Below, piece by piece: positions 1 to 12,539 of a stretch of DNA of 64,000 nucleotides. Under the pieces are notes generated by a model. The model saw nothing but the letters and a program-made list of their open reading frames with translations, was not told the DNA's origin and made no database searches. Source of the DNA: Octopus vulgaris (lineage: Eukaryota); NCBI GenBank assembly GCA_951406725.2, contig OX597827.1:55428001-55492000 (forward strand), in the 5' to 3' direction. Position 1 is the first letter of the stretch; the number at the start of each line of letters is the position of its first letter. The translations under genes were made by a program, and so were the position numbers.

Positions 1-3
1 ACG

Positions 4-372
4 TTTCCGTCGATGATTTCCGTAAAAAAACTTTTATTTTTTTACATATGGGCTTGCGGGAACATTTGAAGTAATGAGAGCGAAAGAGACTAAGAGAAAG
101 CGATTTTATGCTCTCTCTTTCACACATTACTCTGTCTCTTCACACACACTAACAGAAGCACTTCACTTACACAACATACTGTCTGTCTCCCACACCCCAT
201 CAAACACACACACACACACATGTACATCAATGCTTTCCATGCACGGTAACTTCAAAAGAACTTCCCTCGTCATACAATCGCTTTCTCTTAGTGTCTTTCG
301 CTCTCATTACTTCAAAAGTTCCCGCAAGCCCATATGTAAAAAAAGAAGTTTTTTACGGAAATCGACGGAAAG
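4..372. mobile_element. Non-autonomous DNA transposon/MITE with ~100-bp terminal inverted repeats; left end probably clipped by the window edge
   Basis: 4-105 (tttccgtcgat...catatgggcttgcgggaac...agagaaagcgatt) is the reverse complement of 276-372; the CA-rich interior is non-coding. Confidence 0.75.
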
Positions 373-462
373 GTCTACTAGAGACGAAAGATTGCCCTGC
401 TGTCATATATCCATAGTGATGATTGCCCTGCCGCCCTCCTTTAATATTATTATTAAGAAGAA

Positions 463-845
463 GAAGGCGTGCTAGCAGAGTCGTTAGCACACCGGGCGAA
501 ATGCTTAGCTGTATTTCGTCTGCCGTTACGTTCTGAGTTCAAATTCCGCCGAGGTCGACTTTGCCTTTCATCCTTTCGGAGTCGATAAATTAATTACCAG
601 TTATGCACTAGGGTCGATGTAATCGACTGTACCCATCCCCCAAATTTCAGGCATCGTGCCTATTGTAGAAAGGATTATTATTATTAATAAGGCGGCGAGC
701 TTAGCGACATTTCATCCGTCTTTATGTTCTGAGTTCAAATTCCGCCGAGGTTGACTTTGCCTTTCATCCTTCCTAGGTCGATAAAATAAATACCGCATGT
801 AATCGACTATTCCTCCCATTGCTGGCCTTGTGCCAAAATTTAAAA
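463..845 (+). mobile_element. Two adjacent tRNA-derived SINE copies with Nin-type central domain
   Basis: aaggcg..agc.gcagaatcgttagc head, gagttcaaattcc B-box and gcctttcatcctt..ggtcgataaa..taccag core; copies at 463-686 and 689-845. Confidence 0.75.
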
Positions 846-2898
846 TCATTATTATTATTAGTAATAATAATATACACACATATACACAAACATATAAAAT
901 ACATGTGTGTGTGTGTGCAGATAGACATTAAATTATCGAGTAGACAGACGTTTGACAAGCCAGATAATTTATGAAACCTATAGAGTAAATATATCAACTG
1001 TATCTTCAACAGAAAATTAGGAGAAAAAATGTGAGCATATTATATTCTGTAAAGTTGCGCACGAGAAACAATACGGAAAAGGAAAACTACAATCAGTCAG
1101 TGAAAACATTGATTGAAAACCTTGCTGAAGATTACGCTTAACGTGAAATTGCATGCCAATACTGTTTTTTTTTTTTTTCATCGACGCAAAATCACTTTCG
1201 TATTAAAAATCGATCGTTAGTTGATCGATCGTTCTGAAAAGCATAAGGGTTTGGTCGTAAATACTAAAAACAAGCACACATCCTGAAAAGTGAACTTTCA
1301 TTACTATTCAGTCACTGCAAAACCGTGCTAGTGTGTTTGTTTCTCTAACCAAATCTTTATCGGATTTTGGTATTCGATATTTGGGCGAGATGCTTTATAG
1401 ATTTCTCAGCACCTCCTTATTAACTTGCCGTCTCTTGTCCTTCTATAAATGCCGGTTTGCCGGTCTTATATTACACATGTTCTTAAAATCAAGTCAGAGA
1501 TGGATAAAAATATCTACAATAGGTCAGCATTATGTTCAGTGGAGATTAGTGTCTCATACTAGAAAAATTGTTATCGAACTCTCCTTGTGCATTACTTAAT
1601 GTTCGCGAAAAACAGTCTTTTTTATTCCAAGTATCAAAATAGCGCTGCTAAATAAATTAATAAAGAAATTGACAAAATCTTATCAAGCTAGTGAAAATAA
1701 TATTTAATGATCTTCATTTCTATTTCATGCTTGTTTCATATTCTGTCATCATTCGATTTGAATTCTAGTTTTCATTTTGTGAGTCTAAAAATGCAGTGTT
1801 TGTGTGTAAAAACAAATGCATTCATTGTGTGTACTCGTGTTCATTATGTAATAGCTTTAGCATTTCTCTTAGGAAGTATTCATTAAAATATAGCATACAC
1901 ATTAATTTCTTCTGACGGGACGCAAGAGTCTTTGTAAGAATGATATGGTTGAACAATTCAGCTGCAGTTGGATATTTATTTCAGGATTTTAACTGGGAAA
2001 TGTTAATGTAGCTAAATATATAGTATGAAAATAGTTCGTCTGGTTATTTAATTAATCATTTGCGCCACTTCACTTAATCTAATAATAATTGTCCTTGTTG
2101 CATGGCAAATAGTACTGAAGTGACTGACTGGAGACTAGGGGGTTATCCAGACAGTCTGGACTGTTGCTATGTAGGAGTGTAGTAGAAGTTACGGCAGGTT
2201 TCATTCATTTTGCAACCTGATTTTTATATATAAGATCAAAAGCTTGTTCGTTCATTTCATATTTCCGTGGGCCAGACAGAATAGTATTTCTATTAAGAAT
2301 TGTGTCGTGTACTGAAGCATTGTGGTGTTGACATGTTTGTATGTAGGTGGGCAAAGTTGTCAGTCAAAATTCCAGTAAATTGCAGCTGCAGTTTATATGA
2401 AATCAGAGATAGACAGTTACACCAGCAATTTTCCGGTATCCATGGTTCCAGACTTGTGCCGGGAAATCGGTGGTGTATCTGTATAAGCATAGATCACTAC
2501 GTGTGAGAGGGTCGGAATACCTCATGTTGAATAGAACTCGTTGATACTTATCGGCTGTTTCATGCTCCGACAGCAGAAATGAAGTGATCAACAATGGTTT
2601 TCGTCTGTGTTGCGAAGGCAGTCAGTCAGTAGCAAGATAGAACTGGTACTCTCGGAGTTTGTGGCAGAGCCAGAATATCAAACTTGCTAAATTCTGAATT
2701 GAATGTTTCGTACGTATGTAGTGATATTCCCGGTCCTATGCGCAGCTTTTAGAAACTTGAACATAGAGGGTTTGAGAATATTTATATATACTGCTTATAT
2801 GGTAAGCTCACCTCATGCAAAATATGAGATTTTTAAAAGCTATCTCAAATAGATGATCGAAGTCCTCTATTTCATCCAATATGCCCAACGCGTATCTT

Positions 2899-2985
2899 AA
2901 TAAGCCTTACTCTGTTATAAAAACTAAAATAAGCCTTACTCTGTTATAAAAACTAAAATAAGCCTTATTCTGTTATAAAAACTAA
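2899..2985. repeat. 29-bp tandem repeat x3
   Basis: aataagccttactctgttataaaaactaa at 2899, 2928 and 2957, with one mismatch in the third copy. Confidence 0.9.
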
Positions 2986-3118
2986 GTGGTAAATGTGTTT
3001 GTGACCGCCCCCGCTGCTTTTGAAATTTCATGTTATACGTAGGCTCAACAGCGAAAGCATTTTTAGAACCAAATATCAAACTATTAAAAGAAAAATATTC
3101 ACATCCATGACACGTATT

Positions 3119-3516
3119 CTCTTTCTACTCTAGGCACAAGGCCCGAAATTTTGGGGAAGGGGAGGCAATCGATTAGGACCCCAGTACGCAACTGGTACTT
3201 ATTTTATCGACCCCGAAAGGATGAAGGACAAAGTCAACCTCGGCGGAATTTGAACTCAGAACGTAACGGCAGACGAAATACCTATTTCTTTACTACCCAC
3301 AAAGGGCTAAACACAGAGAGGACAAACAAGGACAGACAAACGGATTAAGTCGATTACATCGACCCCAGTGCGTAACTGGTACTTAATTTATCGACCCCGA
3401 AAGGATGAAAGGCAAAGTCGACCTCGGTGGAATTTGAACTCAGAACGTAACGGCAGACGAAATATCCGCTAAGCATATCGCCCGGCGTGCTAACGTTTCT
3501 GCCAGCTCGCCGCCTT
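3119..3516 (-). mobile_element. Young dimeric Nin-domain SINE with 16-bp TSD
   Basis: TSD atccatgacacgtatt at 3103-3118 and 3517-3532; two tandem copies of the SINE core on the minus strand. Confidence 0.85.
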
Positions 3517-4154
3517 ATCCATGACACGTATTGGTATTAAATCAAGAAACCAACATATATAAACATTCTCCGTTAAATATATGGCTGTGTATGTATGTGT
3601 ACACACACATATCTTTTACATATTTCAGTCTTGCACTGCGGCCATGCTGGAACACAGCCTTGAAGGGTTTAGTCGAACACATTTCAAAGCCTGGTACTTA
3701 TTCTGTCGGTTACTTTTTGTCGAACCGTTAAGTTACGGGAATGTCAACAAATCAACACTGGCTATAATAGAAGACGCTTGCCCAAGATATTCCTGTTTCG
3801 CCTACTGGCTCCTTCAACCATTAGTTGAACAAACCAATATGCATAACTTGAAGTCCCAGATCCTCGCAATAAATTTAACTCAACTCTCATTTAAGAATCA
3901 CACCGTAAGTTCAGTTGCTGATCTTAAAAGCGTTTTTAAATAACTATTTTAACATATTTGCGACACGTGCATGCATACATACATACGTACGTACGTGCGT
4001 GCGTGCTCAAAATGTTAAGAGGTTCGTCTTCATCATAGCTTTGGCTCGAACCGAGCCTTGTAAATGACAGTGAATACAGGTAAAAATTGTGCGGAACCTA
4101 CCAGATGGATTGCACATGCAATTGAAGCGTCCAGCTTTATCATACACTGTGTCA

Positions 4155-4538
4155 GTGGAGGTGCAATGGCCCAGTGGTTAGGGCAGCGGACTCGCGGTCA
4201 TAGGATCGCGGTTTCGATTCCCAGACCGGGCGTTGTGAGTGTTTATTGAGCGAAAACACCTAAAGCTCCACGAGGCTCCGGCAGGGGATGGTGGTGATCC
4301 CTGCTGTACTCTTTCACCACAACTTTCTCTCACTCTTACTTCCTGTTTCTGTTGTACCTGTATTTCAAAGGGCCGGCCTTGTCACTCTCTGTGTCACGCT
4401 GAAAATCCCCGAGAACTACGTTAAGGGTACACGTGTCTGTGGAGTGCTCAGCCACTTACACGTTAATTTCACGAGCAGGCTGTTCCGTTGATTCGGATCA
4501 ACCGGAACCCTCGCCGTCGTAACCGACGGAGTGCTTCC
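4155..4538 (+). mobile_element. Full-length tRNA-derived SINE with 11-bp TSD
   Basis: A-box tggcccagtgg, B-box ggtttcgattccc; TSD acactgtgtca at 4144-4154 and 4539-4549; CpGs intact. Confidence 0.85.
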
Positions 4539-4775
4539 ACACTGTGTCAAGCTGGTTCTGCTTAAAGATTACATTGAGTTACACGTGTCTGTGGAATAAT
4601 ACTCAGTCACTTTGAATCTAATTCAGTGAGCACGTAGTTAAACGACGGAGATCCTTTTTAACATTTCACACAACACTGTCTCGGTCCTCAGTTTCTTAAC
4701 CCGACGTAGCATCGTGAATGTGACAGCTAGTGATTGGAAAGATGTACCAGCACTTGGTTGGAACTCATTTTCAGC

Positions 4776-4807
<32 letters not shown>

Positions 4808-6644
4808 ACCGCAGAAATCGTTTAATATTCGGTTTGGGTTGCCTTGAATGTGGAGGGATACAATGAAGAATTCCAAAACCTTAAGCGAGGTTAATTTGCC
4901 ACTGCCTATTTTGGTATTTATTTTCCCCCCCATTTTAAAAAAAAATGTCTTTATATAGTCTGTTATTACACCTTATAAATATCGGTGACCTTACAAAACT
5001 TATTTTGCCGTATCACAAGACTCATTTATTATGTAGAAGAATGGAATATAACCGACAGCAATGTTACTGGCACTTATACCATTAGCCATAGTGAAGATTT
5101 GAACTCAGAAAGTAAAGCATGAAACAACCTCCTTATGTAATACATCTTTAGTCCTCATATCCTAATACGTATTATTTCATGGGCCGATTATTGATACCGA
5201 TGCGTTTTTGTCAAAATTAGAAGTTATGGGGATGACATTAAACTGCATCCAGTAATGGGATCCTGGTTCGGGAGTTGCAGGGTTTTGAGGCGTGTGGAGC
5301 CACCTATAAGCCACAATTGTTCACGGGTCTATTCTGACCCAGAGTAGTAGCACCTGCCAGAGTCCTGGCTGTGGGTTAAATATAACACGTAAACTACCAG
5401 GTGGTTGTTATCTATTTCGGCAAATGAACTTATTGTGGTCAATGGCGAATATTATTTACATTACTAAGTGGGTGAACAGGCTACAAACTGTCATCAGTCG
5501 GGATCAACCATTTCATTTAACGAACTACGGCTTGCATGTATAGTCGTGTCATGTTTCTGCTAGCGAAAGACCAGTGTGTCTAAAACCCAAGTTAGATAGG
5601 CAGACATTCATATGCCTCATGGCTCGATCGAGACATTTGGCATGGAAGAGTTAACATTGGTCCGGGCAAGTTGCTCGACCTGGATGGATGAGACACATAT
5701 TTGGACTAGGTCGCAAAGCTAACCTTTGTAAGAGAGATAGGGAGAGAGTTGGTCGTTTAATTTACTCTAGTATATTATTAGTGTATGTGCTTGTTTTCTT
5801 GATCCTTGACTTAGCAGGATTTGAACTGAAGTACGGGACTTCACTGTTTCAACTACACTTACCGCCGCCCTCCAACGTTAAGTCTTGGAGGTGTGATGTC
5901 TAACATTATCACAAGGCCAGAGATGGTAGAGAAGGATTGCTTAAAGTCGCTTCAATCGATTCTCAGTAAAACTATTTATTTGCTTCAGGGGAATTAAAAG
6001 CCAGTCATGTCCTGAATGATTTGAATTCAGAACGTAATGGGTCGAAATTAAATACTACAAGGTATTTTAGCCGAGCGCTCGGCCATGTCTACCCTTTTGA
6101 CTCGTCCATGTGAAGATCAGAAATGCATATTAAAAATATCTTATTTGATGAAAACAATCTATTGTCTTAATATATTTTTTTTTTTCACCATTGGGGCGAT
6201 TGCACCAATGTTTTTTTTCGGCATAATGTTTTCTCAAACAGATACAGTCCCGAGAGAGAGGCGCGGGTAATAAGCTAGCAAGACGGTCATGGTTTTCTCA
6301 AGGGCATTAGCGATGTAATTAAAGTGGAAAGCTGGACACGAACTTGTTTCTACTATGCAATCGTGATTAGTACTAAACAGTTTATTTTCCTTTGTTTTTC
6401 ACTGTTCTGTACACGAAAAAATATAAACTCCACACTTCTATTTATGAACGTAAAGATTATCATCTGTTATAAATCTATTTGAAATCTTTCTTTTAAGCGG
6501 CCAATCAGCTGAGAGATCGATATTGTGTTTAACGCATACACAGTAGAGACACAAACATAAACACACGTATATTTAATATACGTCTGCGTGTGTGTATGTT
6601 TGTATGTATGTACATATATATATATATTTGTTTATTTATTCAAC

Positions 6645-6875
6645 ATGGCTGACGATAAACGAAAAAGCTATCCGTTGATGTTTAAAAACAGTGTCCTTAA
6701 AATGCTTCGTGAAAACAATGGAAACGTAGCTAAAACTGCTAGGGAATGTGGTGTACATAGGAAAAATATTCGGCGCTGGAAGTCTCAAGAAGCTTTGATT
6801 TCGGACACGGTTCAAAATCGTAAGATGAATGCCGGATTTCGACGAAGGATACGGGATCGAAATTTAGTTCTTCTG
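6645..6875 (+). CDS. Brinker-type (BrkDBD, pogo/POGK-like) helix-turn-helix DNA-binding domain ORF/exon
   Basis: caacATGG start; MADDKRKSYPLMFKNSVLKMLRENNGNVAKTARECGVHRKNIRRWKSQEALI matches the BrkDBD pattern RxY..FK..VL.....N...TAR..GV.R..I..W; basic NLS-like RRRIR; donor-like CTG|GTATAT at 6875/6876. The frame stays open to a stop at 7007. No DDE domain follows. Confidence 0.6.
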
Positions 6876-7237
6876 GTATATATTTTCTTTCTTTCCTTTT
6901 TAAACATTCATCTTTACTTCCAGACAAAAAGAAAAATCTACATATATAGAGAGAGTAACAATGATTATTATTGTTACTATAATGATGATGACACGAGTAA
7001 TTTATAATGGAATATAATAATTTCTTTATAATTAACCGGTAAGGTAGGTGCGTGTACTTATAAACCACGGCGTTTTTCATATTACGAACGTCAAAAGTAA
7101 ACATTAATAGACTCATGTGCTTATCTGATACATGTGTTTGTGTATGTTGTCTTCTTAGTTTACATGTACTTTCGTTTTAACAACACACCCACTCAATTTA
7201 AAAATTTATATAATTTATATATATATTAATTTTAAAA

Positions 7238-7279
<42 letters not shown>

Positions 7280-7993
7280 GAGGGGTCTGCGAAGGTCATG
7301 GGGCAAAACAGCAACTTCCTCCAGACCAAACTAGAAAAATAAACAAATAAATTAAAAGAAAAGCTGATTAAAAAAATATGACTAATTTGATTTCTCAATT
7401 TTATTTAGTAACAAAACCGAATATGTTTTATCGATTAAAATTACAGAGTATTTATAGTGTAGCAATAATACGAATTATCTAAAAATTTGTCCTTATCGGA
7501 AAATCGAAAAGTAAACACAGCTTATCAGACCTTTATTTGTTTTTTTTTTCTTTTTTCATTGATTTCCACGACTACCCTCATTTCGTCTGCTTTTGAGTCC
7601 ACATCGGTTCGCTTAGTTAAACATGAACACTGGGTGATTAAATAATGGTGATAAACGTTTGTATTTGCGGGCAAACAATTTTGACCGGGTTTATAAACTT
7701 TTTTTTTTCTGGTTTTTCCTTTCATTTAGTTAATATATTTAAATGGAAGTACGGATATCTTTGTAATGAAGAAAGCTGCTTTGTATTTTAAATGTAATTT
7801 ATGTTTGTGTGGATATATTTATGTATATATAACATATACACGTGCGAATTCACGTACAGTGTGTTTATGTGCATACGTTCCTGATGGAAGTATTTGTATA
7901 TATGTACAAATGTAAAGATTTCATATAGCCAACCTTGTACTGGGACGGCTATAGTCGGCAGTGGTTGCGTGTCCATATGAGAGGCATGTGCTT

Positions 7994-8038
<45 letters not shown>

Positions 8039-11000
8039 CACATAGTGTTTCGATGGTATATGAAATAAACACTGGATTCCGATGCCTTGTTGTAAAGCAG
8101 TTTCGGAGCTAATGCTCTTAAAAACATGTACATGTTCTCTTCCTATATAAAACCGCTTACATTTTCTGTCGGTAGTCAAAATTATTTTAAAGCAGATATC
8201 CGATCCAATTATGAACATTATTGAATGGATTTTTCTGAATAACAACAAACTCTTTGGAACTTAGATATGTTTTCTCCAAGTACTGCCTTCCTTCACGAGG
8301 ACAGTGGAGTCATCTTTACATGTAGCATGCTAAATCCAGCCAGTGAGGAAGGCCCTATGCAGTCGCCCAAACTGCTAGAAATAGCAACCATATCGCCCCC
8401 AAATCACACCGTAACACACACAAAAAAAAAAGGAATAATATGATCCTGTGTGCACTCTGTCTGAAAACTATGTTGGATAATTACGGCTGGAATGATTTTA
8501 ATTATAAATCTTACCTGCTTCATCAGGGCTGATTTGAAGCTAAACATTTGCTAATCAGACTGTGCTATTATAGATTTATTAGATTTAGCATGTCTTGGTT
8601 CCCGACTGAATGACTCTTACCCAAGATTTGTTAGGGCATCGAAAACTTTTTTTATACTTGCACTAAACAATGATAACACCAACAATTCCTGTAACAGGGA
8701 TTTGCATAGATCTATTACTAGAAATACATGAAACTTCAGACGCAGGTTTCTTCTCCCAGTCAAAACCATCCCTATACACGCGCGCTCGTGTATATATCCC
8801 TAACAACACCGCTGCTTTAAAAATACGCACACACAAGTTTGGTAGAACAAGCAGGAGAAATAGAACTCAATACTTGAAAATATGTACATTTTAATTATCA
8901 TTAAACTACAAGACTTTGAGTCACTTTTGTAACTTTCTGCTAGTTAAAAATAAGAGTATATATAAAAAAGAAAGTGCGCGCGTGATGCTGTTGTTCGTCG
9001 AGTGCACAAGGCTCAAAAGGCCCTCTGCATTCTTCCATGTCACCTGGTATATAAGAAATTGGCTAAAATACTTAGGTACTTGCTTAAGCAAGCACACGAG
9101 TATATTTTTTAACCTGGGTTACAGGTGGCACTATTTGAGTTCAGAACGCACAGAGGCAGAAACAGCTGTCCCAAAGCGTCTTGTCTGCTGTATTCATGAC
9201 CTTAGACTGGTACTTTTATTTATTAACTCTGAAAGCATGAAAAGCAAAGTTGACCATAGCAGGATTTGAAAGCTGGAATAAATGCTCTAAAGTTTCTTAG
9301 CCAATGCAGAATTGACTCTACTAATTTGATTCCAGTTTCACACATGAGCGCCTGTATGTTTGTAAATATATGTATATGGTGTGTCTGTGTGTTTATATAT
9401 AGGTATCTGTATGTATGTAGGTGTGTGTATAATATATGTATACATGAAAGATGAAACATGAAAATTTCAGCTTTTAATAGAAAAAAATTTTGACCACTCT
9501 ACTTTCACTATCGAATAACTCTATTTGTGTTTACATTCAAGTATTTACAGACACACATGTGCCTGTCCACATACACACACACACACGTTTCATTTATTTG
9601 TGCTTATAATTTCTTTACAGAATCATGTTTTTAAGCACAGTCACACTGTGCATCACTTTCAGGCGTCAAGTGCCTTGTCATGCCACTTTATGTTGATTAA
9701 AACCACCTCTTGAATGAAATCTAATGGATAGAAATTGTACTGAAGTTCATTGTCTGTGTGTTTGTCTGTCTGAATTTATGTCCTGTAACTTATGTTTCAA
9801 TAAATAGAGATAAAAATAAGTATTGGAATTCATAATATTGACTAAATCCTTGAAGTGGTGGTCAAGCCTGGCGACAATCCAATGACTGAAGCCAGTGAAT
9901 GTGTGTGTGTGTGAGTGTTCACACACCATATATAACACAGACCAAATCATTAAAATAGAATTTTTTTAAATGCAGAATGGCAGGCTCTAATTTGGGGAAT
10001 TTTATAAGTTATAAACAGGTCATAGTAAAAAGGAAAAAAGTTGCAAGATGTATGAGTGTGTATGTTTTTCATTATACTTTTCAAAAAGGACAACTAAACA
10101 ACTAACTATACTTAATATTAGTATAAAGTAACCCTTTGATAGACCACAGCTACTGGTTGCTGTGTAATGATTATTTACATGTAACTGTTCTAACCATAAA
10201 TGCTATTTACAGTGAGTCAATCCTTTTGCAGTCTTGAGTTGTTGAAAGCACTTAGTCTGACTACTACATATCACTATTTTAACTAAATCCTTTTGTCAAT
10301 ATGAAGTAACAGAGAATGAACCCAGCCTTAATTCATATGAGTTTGCTGCAGAGAAAATTTGGGGTTCTGCCAGCATGAGAGAAATTTGGTGCCATGCCAA
10401 ATCCTATTTGGCATTATTTTAGCATATTTATTGATTTATGTTAATATTGGATATCTCTTCAGAATATTGATTTCTTACATTGGCACAAGGCCAGAAATTT
10501 GCAGGGGAACTGTGTAGTCTAGTGAACCAATCCCTGTACATGACTCATGCTTATTTTCTCAACCTTGTAGAGGTGAAAGGCAGAAATTGTTTCCCCAGGA
10601 ATTTGAACTCAAAACATAAGAAATAACCACTAAACTGTGTAATGCATTTAGTCCAGTTTTCTGTGCCTCAATATCCACAACTCATCGTTTTCTGCTCTGT
10701 CACATCTTTATACATATATATATATATATATTTATATAGTTTTATAATATTATCATCAACAAACGAAAATAAATATGAGTATACCATTTCATTGTAGGTT
10801 CTTACTCTCTTCATAAATACAAGAGAATGAAAAAGAGGGAAGGGATGTGTTGGTGAAGTATTTGATTTAGATTACTTTTATTTTGTTTTGTTTCTCAACA
10901 CAAAATCTGTTATAGGTTTTTGCTTGAAATTTGATACAGAAGGAAAAACTTTTCTATACAGAAATATCTATATGCCTATGTGTGAGTGTGCATGTTTGTA

Positions 11001-11339
11001 TTTAGGTGCAGTATGGTTGAATGGTCAAGAAGTTTGTTTTGCAACCACTACGTGGCATCTCAAGCAGTTGTTATTTCCTATAGCTTTGGGTTGACCAATT
11101 ATATCTTATGAATGAAAATGGAGAGATGGAAACTGAAAAGAAAGTCATCCAATGAATCGTACCTGTAATTCAAAGGTACAATCTTGTCAACTGTGTCACT
11201 TTGATTCTGTCTGAGAATTACATTAAGGGTACACTTGTCTGTGGAGTGCTGAACCACTTACTGATTCTTTGAGCAGAAAATCCACTTGATTGAATGACTG
11301 AATTCTCAGCATTGAAATCAATAGAGATCCATCCATCTT

Positions 11340-11660
11340 TTACTTGTTACAGTCATTAGACTGTGGCCATACTGGGGCACCACCTTTAGTTGAATGAATC
11401 GACCCCAGTACTTTTTATTGTTTTTAATTTTGGTACCGAACCACTAAGTTGTTATGGGGGTGTAAACACACCAACACCGATTGGCAAGTTGTGTAGTAGA
11501 GGACAGACACACACATATACATACACACACACCATATTCACTCACAAGGTTTGGGTTGGCCCAAGGGTATTGTAGAAAATACTTGCTCAAAATGCCATGC
11601 AGTGGGACTGAACCAGAACCATGTGGTTGGGAAGCAAGCTTCTTACCGCATAGCTGCACC
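11340..11660 (-). mobile_element. CORE-like tRNA-derived SINE (OR2-like family)
   Basis: Reverse complement of the gcatggctgtgtggtaagaagcttgcttcccaaccacatgg...gggcaagt...ggtgtgtttac family also seen at 12085 and 39212. Confidence 0.7.
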
Positions 11661-12084
11661 TGGCTTAAATAGAAAGTCGATGACTACCCGTAAAACATGA
11701 ACTCCCATCTCCTGCAGTCATGACAGGAATTCTCACAATATACAATATATATATATATATATACATACATTTACAGAAATATCTTAAGAATTGATTTGTG
11801 GTTTCCTATTGCTTTTATGATAAAGAAATAGCCTATTGTGTTTAGAGTTGGTTCTGTGAATTCTCTTTTACTCTTTTTCTAACAAAAGCTCCAGTCAATT
11901 CTCTTCCTTTAACTGCAATTAGGTTTCATGGGGTATACCAGCATCCTACCTTTCCAAATGTACACTTATTGTACACTTTCTACATTCTTAATTAAACTAT
12001 CTGCTCAAAACTACCTCCGCTTCTATGATACAAACTTCATGTTTAAAATGATCTAAATTAAAGCCTTTCAAAATTATGGTTGGG

Positions 12085-12350
12085 TAGGCATGGCTGTGTG
12101 GCACCTTGGGCAAGTGTTGTCCTACTATAGTCTCGGGTCGACCAAAGTTTTGTGAGTGGATTTGGTAGACAGAAACTGAAAGAAGCCTGTCATATATATA
12201 TATATATATATGTGTATATGTATATATTTATGTGTGTGTCTTAGTGTTTGTCTCTCTCCCCATTGCTTGGCAACTGATGTTGGTGTGTTTACGTCCCTGT
12301 AACTTAGCTGTTTGGCATAAGAAACTGATAGAGTAAGTACCAGGCTTACT
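12085..12350 (+). mobile_element. CORE-like SINE (OR2-like), internally deleted
   Basis: gcaccttgggcaagtg...ttgtgagtggatttggtagacagaaactgaaagaagcc...ggtgtgtttacgtccc. Confidence 0.7.
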
Positions 12351-12539
12351 TTGGACTTATTCAAGTCCAAAGTATTGAATAACCTTATTTTCATTGCTTT
12401 TCTTTGTGTGTTCAGATGAAGGACCTGTAAGCTGAACCTTTTTGTGTTACATATTTTCTGCCAACTCTAAGATTTAAACACTTCAGTATGCATGTATAAT
12501 GTTACCTCACTGGCAAACACAATCTATCAAGAAATCAAT

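Noticed and set aside
74-475. 133-aa ORF
   Set aside because: It lies inside the inverted-repeat MITE and CA repeats, with no recognisable domain.
1050-1330. Tc1-like HTH remnant (LAEDYA*REIA)
   Set aside because: Too short and degenerate to support a call without a profile search.
4157-4230. tRNA gene
   Set aside because: A and B boxes are present, but there is no complete cloverleaf or terminator and it runs into a SINE body flanked by TSDs; the same holds for the other tRNA-like heads.
8985-9046. MLLFVECTRLKRPSAFFHVT as FH targeting exon downstream of a TATA-like box
   Set aside because: The donor falls in phase 2, which is incompatible with the phase-0 acceptor at 15135; a UTR exon here is not excluded.
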